From Poseidonia sp. (GTDB taxonomy: Archaea > Thermoplasmatota > Poseidoniia > Poseidoniales > Poseidoniaceae): a DNA stretch of 64,000 nucleotides. A program made the position numbers and the translations under genes. The notes beneath the pieces were generated by a model. It was given only the letters and a program-made list of their open reading frames with translations, had not been told where the DNA came from and searched no databases. Each line of letters begins with the position of its first letter. Position 1 is the first letter of the stretch. Location of the stretch: assembly GCA_040261535.1 (NCBI GenBank), contig JBDQNU010000006.1:3033-67032 (forward strand), written 5' to 3'. Below are positions 17,727-27,706 of the stretch, in pieces.

Positions 17727-19493
17727 TCAAGCGTTGTTGGCGGCGTCTTCGCCTTGGGGCGTGATGAGGACGTTCGCATCGTCGCGAACGATGGTTGGTA
17801 TGGAGAGCGTTCCCGAGTTCACCGTAATGGGGCACGCGTTGCTGCAAGCGGGTGGAAGGTAGTCCTCGCCGCTTTGCGTCAGCACAATTTCAAGAGCATG
17901 TCCTGCTGGAAGGATCACGTCCATTCCCTGAAACTCCATGAGCATCGTTACCGAGGAAAACGGCACCACCGTCTGGGCATTGTATCCCCCAGCGTGATAC
18001 CGCACGTCCATCGTTGCGTGGCCGAAACGCAAACCGGTTTCAGCGTCACGGAGTTCAGCGAAAATTTGTCCGCCGTCAAAGGACGGAGTGACCTCGAGAT
18101 GCAGTGTGGGCAAGCCGCTGATGTGAGTGTCTCGGTCCATGGAAACGGCTTCGCACGTCACCAGTACCGAAGACGAGGACCCCACCGAACCCTGCGCATC
18201 GCAGCTTGGTGTTTCCCACATCGCATCCAACGGAGGCCACGTTTCTTCGATTCGCCATTGGCCGTCGTTGCGCTGGATTTGAGCGTGAAGTGCTGGACGC
18301 TCGCCGATGCCTTTGAGATAGTACTCCATCCATTCGAACAGGTCTTGGCCCCAATCCCAACGCGTCATGTTGTGGATGGCTTCTCCACCGTACCCGCTGG
18401 GTTGGTTGTTGTGTTTGGTCCACTGGTCCGGATAGTTGTGTTCCCACTGGCCCAACATGCCGGCGACCTCGTAACCCTCGTCGATGTAGGCCTGGTACCA
18501 TTGCGTGCCGGGAGGCCCGCCGAAGACTTGGTGGGGGTCAACGTTCCAATCCTGCATTCCCTGGACCCAGTAAATGCTCCCTTTGTAGGTTCCAAGTGCC
18601 TTGTCGATGTGGCTTCGCTCATCGTAATAATTGTCCATGTACGGGTCAAGTTCGCCCAGGCCGTACCGCGTCGGCCCCGCCAAAAACCCCTCGAGCACGT
18701 CACCGCACAAGTTGTCGAGATCGTCGCTGTCGTAGTCGAGAATGGAGCCGCCGTAATTGGAATGCATGACTTGACTGCGAGCTTCTGCGCTCCCGTTCTT
18801 GTAGAGCAACGGGCCCAAAGCCGTGGTCCCGGAAATGGGAACGATGGTCTTCAGGTATTCGCTTCCTTGGGCGGCGGCTTCCCAAGCCGTGGCGCCTTCG
18901 TAGGACTTTCCGTAAATCGCCACGTTGCCGTTGCTCCAATTTTGTGTCCCCAACCATTCGACTGCGGCGTGGATGCCTTGGCCCTCGCCATCGCCGCGGT
19001 AATCGAAGCAACCGGTGCTCTCCTCGGTGGCGAAGACGGCGACTTGTGCAAGCGCATAGCCGTGGGGAATGAAATTGTCGTAAATGAACTCGCCCCGGCC
19101 CGCGCCAACCACGTTGGTTGGCGTTGACTGGCTCCCGGGCGAACCGTAGTCAAAATAGGGACTCACGACCGCAATAACAGGGACGCTTTCGCCGGTTTCG
19201 GTGTTCGATGGGAGCCAATACGATAGATGGACTTCGGCGGTGTTGGGTCCGCCTTCCCAGGTGCCGGTCGTGTCAACTTCAATGGTGGCTTCTTGGACGG
19301 GAAGGGGTTGGTGAGGACCTGGTTCGAGGACCATGGCGTAGGTGCCCGTCCAGTTCCAGTCAAGCGTGTGGCGGTCCCAAATCGAAGGGTACATCCCCTC
19401 CTCAGCCGTTTCAACGCCCAAGTCTCCCTCTCCAAAGCAACCCGAAAGCGGCATCAGCAGCAACAGCACGGTGAAACCGATGGCCTGTCGCAT
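17727..19493 (-). CDS. Secreted CocE/NonD-family (S15 X-Pro dipeptidyl-peptidase-like) hydrolase, probable lipoprotein.
   Basis: GKSYEG nucleophile elbow. Signal peptide MRQAIGFTVLLLLMPLSGCFGE, starting at the internal Met (19493) of the longer ORF. Confidence 0.6.
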   Translation of the reverse strand: MRQAIGFTVLLLLMPLSGCFGEGDLGVETAEEGMYPSIWDRHTLDWNWTGTYAMVLEPGPHQPLPVQEATIEVDTTGTWEGGPNTAEVHLSYWLPSNTETGESVPVIAVVSPYFDYGSPGSQSTPTNVVGAGRGEFIYDNFIPHGYALAQVAVFATEESTGCFDYRGDGEGQGIHAAVEWLGTQNWSNGNVAIYGKSYEGATAWEAAAQGSEYLKTIVPISGTTALGPLLYKNGSAEARSQVMHSNYGGSILDYDSDDLDNLCGDVLEGFLAGPTRYGLGELDPYMDNYYDERSHIDKALGTYKGSIYWVQGMQDWNVDPHQVFGGPPGTQWYQAYIDEGYEVAGMLGQWEHNYPDQWTKHNNQPSGYGGEAIHNMTRWDWGQDLFEWMEYYLKGIGERPALHAQIQRNDGQWRIEETWPPLDAMWETPSCDAQGSVGSSSSVLVTCEAVSMDRDTHISGLPTLHLEVTPSFDGGQIFAELRDAETGLRFGHATMDVRYHAGGYNAQTVVPFSSVTMLMEFQGMDVILPAGHALEIVLTQSGEDYLPPACSNACPITVNSGTLSIPTIVRDDANVLITPQGEDAANNA

Positions 19494-19585
19494 GGTGAAG
19501 GCACGCCGGGGGTCTGTCATGAACATGATGCCCGTCAGCCGAAGGCACCACAAGCATTGAGGGGGTGGTTCGTCTCCGATAAGCC

Positions 19586-20386
19586 ATGGAAGCGTCCGCT
19601 GCATGGGGGGCTCGTTGGGGGTCTGCATCCTCGCCGATGGCGAAGCGATACATGGAAGTCGCCACCGAGAAACAATCCCTCGTCTGTTTGGCCGCCGACC
19701 GAAACACCATGGCGGGCTTGATGGCGTTGATTGAAGCCGTTGGACCCCACATCGCCGCACTGAAAACCCACGTTGACCTCGTCGATGATTGGAGTCCGGA
19801 GGCGTGGGCAACCTTCTGTGAGGCGGCCGTTCGCGCCAATCTTCTCGTTTTTGAGGACCGCAAATTTGCCGACATCGGCGCCATCAGTCGGGCACAGATG
19901 GCCGGAAAATACGACATCCGTTCGTGGTCCGATTTGGTGACGGCCCACCTCATCAGCGGACCCGATATCGTGGACGGGCTGCAGGCGGGCTGGTCCGATG
20001 TCGGTCGGCAAGGCGGCGTGTTGTTGCTCGCCCAAATGTCGAGCCGTGGAAACCTCCTCCATCCGGCCTACACCGACGAAGTCGTTGCAAAAGGAAAAGC
20101 GCATCCCGGCGTTTTTGGCTTCATTGGGAACGGGTCACGACCAGCAGAATTGGCCGTTTTGCGATCAAACGTGGGCGAAGAGAAAATGATCTGGACCCCA
20201 GGCGTTAACCTCGCCGTGGGGGACGGAGCCATGGGTCAACGCTACGGCGACCCCACGGAAGCGGTGCTCGCCGGCTCAGATTGCATCATCGTCGGGTCCG
20301 GCATCCACAAGGCGGAGGACCCTGCAAAGGCTGCAAAGGCATACGCAGACGCCTCGTGGGCGGGCCTGTTGAAACGAAACGGGTGA
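19586..20386 (+). CDS. pyrF: Orotidine 5'-phosphate decarboxylase.
   Basis: DRKFADIG (D-x-K-x-x-D-I) and LVCLAADRN motifs. Confidence 0.7.
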   Translation: MEASAAWGARWGSASSPMAKRYMEVATEKQSLVCLAADRNTMAGLMALIEAVGPHIAALKTHVDLVDDWSPEAWATFCEAAVRANLLVFEDRKFADIGAISRAQMAGKYDIRSWSDLVTAHLISGPDIVDGLQAGWSDVGRQGGVLLLAQMSSRGNLLHPAYTDEVVAKGKAHPGVFGFIGNGSRPAELAVLRSNVGEEKMIWTPGVNLAVGDGAMGQRYGDPTEAVLAGSDCIIVGSGIHKAEDPAKAAKAYADASWAGLLKRNG

Positions 20387-20393
20387 GGTCAGC

Positions 20394-20642
20394 ATGTGGG
20401 TGCAAATGCTACTCGCTTCGCTCGGGTTGCTTTTGCCGGCTTGGTTGATTTGGCGGGCCGTTTCAACGGCTCGAACCCTCGAAAAGCGCCTCGCTCAAGG
20501 CGATGCAACCTTGCTGAACGACGACCGCTTCAAAGTGGACCGAGTCACCCTTGGTCCCGCAGGCACCGAACTGATTGAGGACGTTCAGTTTGTCTCGGTG
20601 GTCGCTCCCTCCTACCAACAAGGAGGCGGTCCCCATTCCTGA
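20394..20642 (+). CDS. Small putative membrane protein (82 aa).
   Basis: One N-terminal hydrophobic helix. Starts 8 nt after the pyrF stop. Weak call. Confidence 0.25.
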   Translation: MWVQMLLASLGLLLPAWLIWRAVSTARTLEKRLAQGDATLLNDDRFKVDRVTLGPAGTELIEDVQFVSVVAPSYQQGGGPHS

Positions 20643-21228
20643 CCTCGTTGAAATTGAACGACGTTTTTTGGTCGACGGTCGCGAAGAAAAGCCATGGCGC
20701 ACGGGATCGACCGCCCACACCATTGAACAGCACTACGGCGTGGAGGAACACATCCAATCAAACGACAGAACGCTCTCATGCGACGGCGTATTCTTGGCCG
20801 AATTCACCCCAGAACAGCACGCTGTTTGGGGGCGAATGGACACAAAAGTTGGGCGTTTACGACGACGAGATACGGTGTGGGTGTTGACGTTCAAATCCCG
20901 TATTGACGCAGCTGCAGCGTATGAGTTGGAATGGAACGTGCATGCTGAGGCGGCGGCGGCGTTGATGGCTCACGGGCCGTACCCCTCGGTGAAAAAAACC
21001 CGCTACGTTATGAACGGTCCCGACGGTCACGCGTGGGAAATCGACGAGTTTGAAGGAGCGTTGGCCGGGGTGGTTTTGGCTGAAGTAGAGCTCGATTCTG
21101 TGGATGAGGCGTTGGCGATTCCTCCGTGGGTGAGTCACGAAATCACCGGTTTGAAGTCCTGGTCCAATCGCGCCTTGGCCCAAACCCTTGCGGCTACGAT
21201 GAACACGCACGAACCACGGCCTGAATGA
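20575..21228 (+). CDS. CYTH-domain protein (CyaB/thiamine-triphosphatase-like triphosphate tunnel metalloenzyme).
   Basis: EIERRFLV N-terminal motif and later EIDEFEG acidic motif. Confidence 0.5.
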   Translation: MRTFSLSRWSLPPTNKEAVPIPDLVEIERRFLVDGREEKPWRTGSTAHTIEQHYGVEEHIQSNDRTLSCDGVFLAEFTPEQHAVWGRMDTKVGRLRRRDTVWVLTFKSRIDAAAAYELEWNVHAEAAAALMAHGPYPSVKKTRYVMNGPDGHAWEIDEFEGALAGVVLAEVELDSVDEALAIPPWVSHEITGLKSWSNRALAQTLAATMNTHEPRPE

Positions 21229-22381
21229 CCCGCTCAACGTCGTCATCGCTCAAGTGATGGTGAACAGGAATGGCAACCAGTCGGTGGCAAACCTCGTCAG
21301 TCACTGCAAAGGTTGCATCGTGTTGAGGGTGATCGGCGTATACCTGTTGGCGATGACACGGGGTTGCGTAATAAATGCGGCTGTCGATGTTGGCGCTGGA
21401 GAGCGTTTGCTGTAACTTCTCAGGGTCATCGGCGAGCAAACAATACTGATGCCAGGCATGCCGCGTTTGGGCTCGGACTTTTGGCGTGGTGATGCCGTTC
21501 AGACCTGCAAACGCCCCCTCGTAAAGGGCGGCCACGCTCTGGCGTTGTGCGAGCCACGCTTCGAGCCGCTTGAGTTGGACGCGACCGATCGCCGCAGCGA
21601 CCTCCGACATGCGAAGGTTTGACCCGAGTTCGTGGGATTCAAGCCGGGCATCCCGGCCGTGATTGACCAGTGCGGCCATCCGGTGAGCGAGGTCATTGCG
21701 TCGGGTCATCATCATCCCCCCTTCGCCGCCAACGGCCAAATTTTTGGAGGGGAAAAACGAGAAGCACGCCACATCCCCAACGCCTCCGGCCATTTGACCC
21801 GAGGGCGTTTGCGCCCCGTGGGCTTGCGCAGCGTCCTCGATGTAGGCGATGCCGTGTTCTGCACACCACGATACGATGGCGTCATCGCTCATTTGCCCAA
21901 ACAGGTGAACGCCGATGACGGCTTTTGTCCTCGGTGTACGCGCCCGTTCCAGTGCATTGACATCAACGCACCAATACTCGGGCTCCACGTCCACAAACAC
22001 GGGCGTTGCGCCCACCAGGGAAACGCACGTCGCCGTTGCAATGTACGTGAGCGAAGGGACGAGGACTTCGTCTCCCGGACCGATTTCAAGCAGCCTCAAG
22101 GCCCCCCACAAAGCGACCGACCCGCTCTGACAGGGCGTGCCTTGAACCGCCCCGCAATAAGAGGCAAACTCCTCGCCGAAGGCTTTGCCTTGAGGCCCTT
22201 TGACCCAATGAAGCGAGTCGAGGGTGTCCATCGCTGCTGCCCGCATCTCGTCGTCCCACGAGGGTTGGGCCATGGCGATGCGTTCCATGCTCCGGCGTTC
22301 ATGTCCTCCTCCTTGAGTGTGCGTTTCGGTCGGGCTCATCATCGCGCCCTTCAAGACCCCCTCCGGTGTTCGGTCGGCCAT
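21194..22381 (-). CDS. DegT/DnrJ/EryC1/StrS-family PLP-dependent sugar aminotransferase.
   Basis: SFFPSKNLAVGGEGG PLP-lysine motif. 395 aa. Confidence 0.75.
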   Translation of the reverse strand: MADRTPEGVLKGAMMSPTETHTQGGGHERRSMERIAMAQPSWDDEMRAAAMDTLDSLHWVKGPQGKAFGEEFASYCGAVQGTPCQSGSVALWGALRLLEIGPGDEVLVPSLTYIATATCVSLVGATPVFVDVEPEYWCVDVNALERARTPRTKAVIGVHLFGQMSDDAIVSWCAEHGIAYIEDAAQAHGAQTPSGQMAGGVGDVACFSFFPSKNLAVGGEGGMMMTRRNDLAHRMAALVNHGRDARLESHELGSNLRMSEVAAAIGRVQLKRLEAWLAQRQSVAALYEGAFAGLNGITTPKVRAQTRHAWHQYCLLADDPEKLQQTLSSANIDSRIYYATPCHRQQVYADHPQHDATFAVTDEVCHRLVAIPVHHHLSDDDVERVIQAVVRACSS

Positions 22382-24815
22382 GGTGTCCGAAGACGAGGGT
22401 CATGCCCCTTCCTCGGAAGAGGAGGCGGGGGGCGTCGGCGGCCTGGTGGAGGACCTCTTTTCGACGGAGCCAACCCCCCCTCCTGCCTCGATGAAACGGT
22501 ACAAACCTCGGGGATTGTTCCTCGGTCAACGCAGGGATACCAACGAAGCCATCGACATCCCTGCGCAGGTGTTGGCTCGTCACGGGGCCATGCTCGGTTC
22601 AACCGGTTCAGGAAAAACCGTGATGGCAAAGGCGCTGATCGAGGAGGCAGCCTTGGCGGGTATCCCCTCCCTCATCATCGACCCGCAAGGCGATTTGGCG
22701 CGTTTGGCGTTGGGCATCGATCCGGTGGAGTTGGAAGAAAAGGACGGCGATGTCGCCCGAGCGAAGAAATTGATTGAGCAGTGCGAAGTTCGAATCTGGA
22801 CACCGTTGCGAAGCAAGGGGTTGCCGTTGTGCATCGACCCGTTTCGTGCACCGCCTGCCGATCTCGACCAAGAAGAAGCCATTACCGCGTGGGACATGGT
22901 GGCCGCGGGCTTCGCCAATCTGGCGGGTTTTGACGTTGAAAAGGCGCAAGGAAAAACGGTCAAGCCCTTCCTTTACGAAATCCTCGTTGAAGGCACGCGT
23001 TGCGGGCTCAACGTTGGCGATTTTCAGGCCCTCGCCCGCGTGGTGCGGGAACCTCATCAAGAGTTCATTCGCCAACTCTATCCCGAATGCTTCGATGAAG
23101 ACGTGGAAGAGGAGGAAAAGGTCTCACCACCCACGTGGAACGAGGTGATGGTGGAACACCGTTTGACCGACTTTGAGGAGCGCTTGCCGAAATCAACGCG
23201 AAACGACCTCGCTCGCAGGCTTGCTGCCTTCTCGTCGGGCGTGAACCAATTGTTGTTCTCCAACGGCGTGCCCATCGACATCGATGCCTTTGTCGAGCCG
23301 GCCGTTCCTGGAAAAATCCCGTTGAACATTGTGTACCTCAACACCATTCAAGACGAAAATCAGAAGCAATATTTCGTGCAAGAGCTCTCCCGTGAACTCT
23401 ACGATTGGATGTTGACGCAACAACCGGCTGACGGTGAACTCAAACTGCTCTTCTTCATGGACGAAGTCGCCCCGTATTTGCCGCCACACCCCCGCAATCC
23501 ACCGGCAAAGGACCTCATCAAACTCATTTTCAAACAGGCGAGAAAATACGGGGTCGCCTGTGTTTTGGCAACCCAAAACGTCAGCGACGTCGACTACAAG
23601 ATTCTCGCTCAAGCCAACACGACCTTCATCGGGCGGTTCACCCAACCTCAAGACGTCGAGAAGGTGCGCCACCTGCTCAAAGAGAGCGGCGGTGACCAAG
23701 ACCTCGTTGCGCAATTGCCCACCCTCGGGCCCGGTCAATTCCAAATGGTCGCGCCCGACGTTGACCCGAATCCCGTTCCAATCCAGTGCCGGTGGCTGTA
23801 CACCGATCACGGTGCACCGCTCAACGAAGACCAGGTGGAAGAGCTCATCACCCCCGAAATCCGGGCGTGGGCAAAAACCCGCTCAGCCGGCGGGGGGCGG
23901 TCCCGAGGCGCAGGAGCGGCTCATGCAGCCAGCCGGGGCTCTTCGTGGTCGGGCGGCAGCGATTGGGAGGACGGTGCAGCGCAAAGCATCGTTGAGGCGG
24001 CCCGCATCAAATCGGCCGGTGGAATGGCCGCTGCAGCCCACGGAATCGTTGACGACTCGGCGTTTGAAGTCAAATTGATGGGAGGGTTTGCCGTTCTTCG
24101 GGACGGTCGAGACCCGTTGTACACCATGCAAGCGGCGGTGAACCTCGCCACCGTGCTGGTCTTGGGCTGGGTCATGGCGGCGTTGATGCTGGCGTGGCGA
24201 GACGCCGACCTCTCCGGTTGGTGGTTGCTGGTCAGCGCCACGGCCTGTTTTGCAGCGGTGGGCGTCTTGGTTCTGGAGTCCGTTCTCGGCCACGACGCGG
24301 AATTGCTGCAAAAATTGAGTCGTTTTGCGCATACGTTCCAGGTTCTCTTGGTGATCTGGTTGTGGATTTTGCTTGGTTGGACCGTCTGGGGGTCGCTTGA
24401 CCTTCGGGGTGCTGAGCCTATGCTCGAGGTCGTGGTGGTCTGGGTGACGTTGTTCACGGGCATTGAATATTTGACGCGATTCCGTTTGGGGCGCATTCGT
24501 TGGAACGGCGGCTCCGCACTTGACAAAATCGTCGGCGTCACGGCCTTGCTCACCAATGCCGAACTTACGGAAATGAAGGCCACCTCGAAGGACCTTCTGA
24601 GCGCTGTTCGATGGATCGTTCACGGTGCAACCTTGGTCTGGTTGTGTTGTTTGCTCGCCCTTCAATCCGGTGTGCTCCCAACGGGCGACGAAGCCATGGC
24701 ATGGGGGCGGCCAACGCTATGGCTGGCTTCCGTCTACGGTTTGATGTTCTGCAGCGAGGCATGGCTACGGTTGCGCGGACGGTGGCCGAATGAACACAAC
24801 ACCTCAAATCATTGA
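22380..24815 (+). CDS. HerA/FtsK/VirB4-superfamily (DUF87) ATPase fused to a C-terminal polytopic membrane domain of about 6 TM helices.
   Basis: Walker A GSTGSGKT, Walker B LLFFMDEV, ATQN sensor. A Gly/Ala/Ser linker is followed by ~270 aa with six hydrophobic helices. The probable start MVSEDEG at 22380 is divergent from degT. Confidence 0.65.
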   Translation: MVSEDEGHAPSSEEEAGGVGGLVEDLFSTEPTPPPASMKRYKPRGLFLGQRRDTNEAIDIPAQVLARHGAMLGSTGSGKTVMAKALIEEAALAGIPSLIIDPQGDLARLALGIDPVELEEKDGDVARAKKLIEQCEVRIWTPLRSKGLPLCIDPFRAPPADLDQEEAITAWDMVAAGFANLAGFDVEKAQGKTVKPFLYEILVEGTRCGLNVGDFQALARVVREPHQEFIRQLYPECFDEDVEEEEKVSPPTWNEVMVEHRLTDFEERLPKSTRNDLARRLAAFSSGVNQLLFSNGVPIDIDAFVEPAVPGKIPLNIVYLNTIQDENQKQYFVQELSRELYDWMLTQQPADGELKLLFFMDEVAPYLPPHPRNPPAKDLIKLIFKQARKYGVACVLATQNVSDVDYKILAQANTTFIGRFTQPQDVEKVRHLLKESGGDQDLVAQLPTLGPGQFQMVAPDVDPNPVPIQCRWLYTDHGAPLNEDQVEELITPEIRAWAKTRSAGGGRSRGAGAAHAASRGSSWSGGSDWEDGAAQSIVEAARIKSAGGMAAAAHGIVDDSAFEVKLMGGFAVLRDGRDPLYTMQAAVNLATVLVLGWVMAALMLAWRDADLSGWWLLVSATACFAAVGVLVLESVLGHDAELLQKLSRFAHTFQVLLVIWLWILLGWTVWGSLDLRGAEPMLEVVVVWVTLFTGIEYLTRFRLGRIRWNGGSALDKIVGVTALLTNAELTEMKATSKDLLSAVRWIVHGATLVWLCCLLALQSGVLPTGDEAMAWGRPTLWLASVYGLMFCSEAWLRLRGRWPNEHNTSNH

Positions 24816-25375
24816 CCGGAGGGTGGTTGGGTATGGTAACCCAACTTGAAGAGCCAAAATACACGGTGGCTCGGTCATTTGATGCTTTTGAGGTGAGGCG
24901 ATACGACGGGAACATTCAGGCGCGCGTTCAAACCGGCGGTGACGGCGCAGCCTCGGGCGGATTTCGGCGAGTGGCGCGCTACATCTTCGGAGGGAATCAA
25001 ACCGGCGAATTCATCGCCATGACCGCTCCTGTCAGCATGTGGGACGAGAATGATGCCGGTTGGTTGGCGTTCACGATGCCATCGGCGTACGCCCTCGAAA
25101 CGTTACCGAACCCCCATGATAACGGGGTTCTCTTGATAGAGCAAGAGGAAAAAACGGTGGCCGTGCTTGCCTTCTCGGGACGAACGACCGCTGGGAAAAC
25201 GTCACGGCTCGAACAAAAATTGCGCAAGGCCATCGCCGCAGAAGGCTTCAGCGCCGTGGGCCCTGCTGTTCTCGCCGTCTATGAAAACCCGTGGACAACC
25301 CTACCGTTCATGCGCCGAAACGAACTTCATCTCGAAATTCAAGAGGCAACGCACCAGCGCGACGAAAAGGAATAG
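24812..25375 (+). CDS. SOUL/HBP heme-binding protein family.
   Basis: Family-level similarity (YTVARSFDAFEVRRY...). The start overlaps the herA-like stop. Confidence 0.55.
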   Translation: MTGGWLGMVTQLEEPKYTVARSFDAFEVRRYDGNIQARVQTGGDGAASGGFRRVARYIFGGNQTGEFIAMTAPVSMWDENDAGWLAFTMPSAYALETLPNPHDNGVLLIEQEEKTVAVLAFSGRTTAGKTSRLEQKLRKAIAAEGFSAVGPAVLAVYENPWTTLPFMRRNELHLEIQEATHQRDEKE

Positions 25376-25400
25376 ATACGCCGTGCGGGGATTGAGCCCC

Positions 25401-26078
25401 ATGGAACCCCATCCATTCATCCCCCTGAGGTGGAACGAACGTTCGCACGAGGAGATGCTGGCCTTGGCGAAGGCGAATTATACTGAACTTGCTCAGCGGC
25501 GCACCACGCGTCATTTTTCATCTCGGGACGTGGAAAGGCGGCTGATCGAGCTCGCCATTCTCTCCGGCTCCACTGCACCCAATGGCGCTCATCTTCAGCC
25601 TTGGACATGGGTGGCCATCCGAAGCGGTGAGTTGCAAGCAAAACTCCGGGCAGCAGCCGAAGCTGAAGAGCGAAAAACCTACTCTGAGCGTATGCCTGAG
25701 GCTTGGTCGGAAGTGCTTGCGCCACTGGGCACGGATGCGGTCAAGGCCCACCTCACCGATGCGCCTTGGATCGTTGTGCTGTTCAGGCAAAAGAAACGTG
25801 AGAGGGGCAACGGGAACTGGGGGCCGACCTATTACAGCGTTGAATCCTGTGGCATCGCCGCGGGGATGTTCATTCAAGCCGTTCACCACATGGGCTTGGT
25901 CACGCTGACCCACACGCCCTCGCCCATGGGCTTTCTGCGGGAACTCTTGGGCAGGCCTGCTCATGAAGAGGCCATGTTGGTGATGCCGGTGGGCTACCCA
26001 TCTGAAGAAGCGACGGTTCCTGATATCCATCGGAAAACGCTTGACGAGGTGGCCGTCTTCCACGATGAACAGGCTTGA
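25401..26078 (+). CDS. Nitroreductase-family flavoprotein.
   Basis: RRTTRHFS motif and GIAAGMFIQ. The true start MEPHPF is internal to ORF 25167..26078. Confidence 0.65.
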   Translation: MEPHPFIPLRWNERSHEEMLALAKANYTELAQRRTTRHFSSRDVERRLIELAILSGSTAPNGAHLQPWTWVAIRSGELQAKLRAAAEAEERKTYSERMPEAWSEVLAPLGTDAVKAHLTDAPWIVVLFRQKKRERGNGNWGPTYYSVESCGIAAGMFIQAVHHMGLVTLTHTPSPMGFLRELLGRPAHEEAMLVMPVGYPSEEATVPDIHRKTLDEVAVFHDEQA

Positions 26079-26125
26079 TGAAAGGTCGCGGTGTTGATAT
26101 ACGCGAGGCGAGAGCGAGGGACGGC

Positions 26126-26209
26126 GCAGGAGTCGCCCAGCTTGGTCAAAGGCGCTGGGATGAGGTCCCAGTCCGTAACGGTTCGCAGGTTCGAATCCTG
26201 CCTCCTGCA
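26126..26209 (+). tRNA. tRNA-Leu (anticodon GAG), long variable arm, no encoded CCA.
   Basis: Manual fold: acceptor GCAGGAG/CTCCTGC, anticodon stem CTGGG/CCCAG with loop ATGAGGT (U33, GAG), variable arm with CCG/CGG stem, T-arm GCAGG-TTCGAAT-CCTGC, discriminator A. Confidence 0.85.
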
Positions 26210-26302
26210 CTCTTGTTCTGAAGACGTCCCCGTATTGGATTCAGTATCTGAACTCGAGGCGGAACACATTCTTCGCCCACCACGATTAAGGGCGGAAGGC
26301 AT

Positions 26303-27667
26303 GTGGTGCAGTGTATGGCTTCAAACGAAATCGATTTCATCGGCGGTGGTTTCAAACTGACGTTGCCATACACGTTTGGTGGATGGTTGTTCTGGGCTTT
26401 CGGTCTTCTCATCACCGGTTTTGGCTTCGTACAAACGGCATCGGATGGCGTCGTAGGTCTCGCTGTCGCCGCTTTCGGACTGCTGATCCTGGCATCGGCT
26501 TCTCCAGGGAGCCTATCAGCCGGCCTTCACAGGTTGCGTAAGCAATCGATACCGCCCGAAGAATTGGAAGCAAAGGCTCAGGCAAGCGGGCTCACGGTGA
26601 ACAACTGGTTCCTTCAGCAAACCACGTTGGTTCCCACCAACGACCCGAACGATTGGATCCTCCCTGCTCCCGGCCCCCAAACCTGGGACAGCGCCGATCC
26701 GTACGGACCTCATGGCGACGGAACACCGCTTCCCGAACACCCGGTGAAGGTGGGCACGCCACGACCTGCAACCATGACTTCGTATGCTGTTTTCTCAGCA
26801 CTCGCCGCACTCTGCGGTCTTGGGGCGGTGGCCGGAGCCATGCAAGTCGAGCCGGTTGACCCTTCCCAAGACCTCGGTGCGACGCCGGCCCTCATCGTTG
26901 CTGCGGTTGGGTTGGCCCTGCTTTTGGTTGGATACTTCAGGGCCAAAGCCTTGGGGCAAATGCTGGATACGCCAACATCACTCGTGCGTTCCGCGCCGGT
27001 GGGCCACCCCGAATTGGTGGGGCAGGTTCGACCCGGTTTGCAGGGGGGCATGACCGTGAACGTGGATGGAAGCGACGCCATGGTCATGCACAACATGGTC
27101 GGCTTCTATTGGACCTACGAGCAGCAACAATGCAGGACGGTCACGGATAGTGAGGGCAACAAAAAGGAAGAATGCTCCTGGGTCACCGTACGCTCGGACC
27201 GCGGCGGCGTCCCCTTCGTTCTTCACGACGGTACGGGCGGCATCAAAGTCAACCTCACCAGTTTCAAGCGAACCGATTACGGCCAAATGCTGAAACGATG
27301 GGATGGGGCTTTCGCCGAAACCCTCGGCAAGCAACTCATGGCTTCAGCCGTCGCAGGGTTGTTGGGCGGAGCCAAGGTGAAGGGGCACCGGTGGACGCTC
27401 TATGGCATGCGCCTTGGCGACCCCGTTTATTTGCTGGGCCAGACAAAGCCCCGTCCTGCAGAGGAGCTTCAAGCCGAGGGTTTGGACGGCACCTTGGGCA
27501 ACAGCGCCATCGAGGTATGGGGCGACGAAGATGCGCCCGGTACCAAATGCACCCTCAAGCGTGGCTCGGAACTGTCCAACATCGGGAAATCTCGCTCGGG
27601 CTTTGAAATGTTAGCGGCTCCGCTTCTTCTGCTATTGGGCGGCTTGGCTTTGCTTGGCTTGGCTTAA
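26303..27667 (+). CDS. Unknown polytopic membrane protein: 2 N-terminal TM, a second TM pair, a ~230-aa extracytoplasmic domain, and a C-terminal TM anchor.
   Basis: Hydrophobic segments WLFWAFGLLITGFGFV, VVGLAVAAFGLLILASA, MTSYAVFSALAALCGLGAVAGAM, ATPALIVAAVGLALLLVGYF, and C-terminal LAAPLLLLLGGLALLGLA. No catalytic motif recognised. Confidence 0.45.
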   Translation: MVQCMASNEIDFIGGGFKLTLPYTFGGWLFWAFGLLITGFGFVQTASDGVVGLAVAAFGLLILASASPGSLSAGLHRLRKQSIPPEELEAKAQASGLTVNNWFLQQTTLVPTNDPNDWILPAPGPQTWDSADPYGPHGDGTPLPEHPVKVGTPRPATMTSYAVFSALAALCGLGAVAGAMQVEPVDPSQDLGATPALIVAAVGLALLLVGYFRAKALGQMLDTPTSLVRSAPVGHPELVGQVRPGLQGGMTVNVDGSDAMVMHNMVGFYWTYEQQQCRTVTDSEGNKKEECSWVTVRSDRGGVPFVLHDGTGGIKVNLTSFKRTDYGQMLKRWDGAFAETLGKQLMASAVAGLLGGAKVKGHRWTLYGMRLGDPVYLLGQTKPRPAEELQAEGLDGTLGNSAIEVWGDEDAPGTKCTLKRGSELSNIGKSRSGFEMLAAPLLLLLGGLALLGLA

Positions 27668-27706
27668 ACAGCGGTTCGCCTGGCCTGATGATGAACGGTG
27701 GAGTAG

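Noticed and set aside
17478-19127. 549-aa plus-strand ORF overlapping the CocE/NonD hydrolase gene.
   Set aside because: Antisense to a gene with clear S15 peptidase motifs. Its composition is Arg/Val/Ala-rich, typical of a GC-rich antisense frame.
21632-22777. 381-aa plus-strand ORF overlapping degT and the herA-like start.
   Set aside because: Arg/Gly/Pro-rich low-complexity translation, antisense to the well-supported DegT aminotransferase.
26091-26360. ORF overlapping the tRNA-Leu, and the minus-strand ORF 25518..26210.
   Set aside because: The tRNA fold is strong. These ORFs overlap it and the nitroreductase in antisense.
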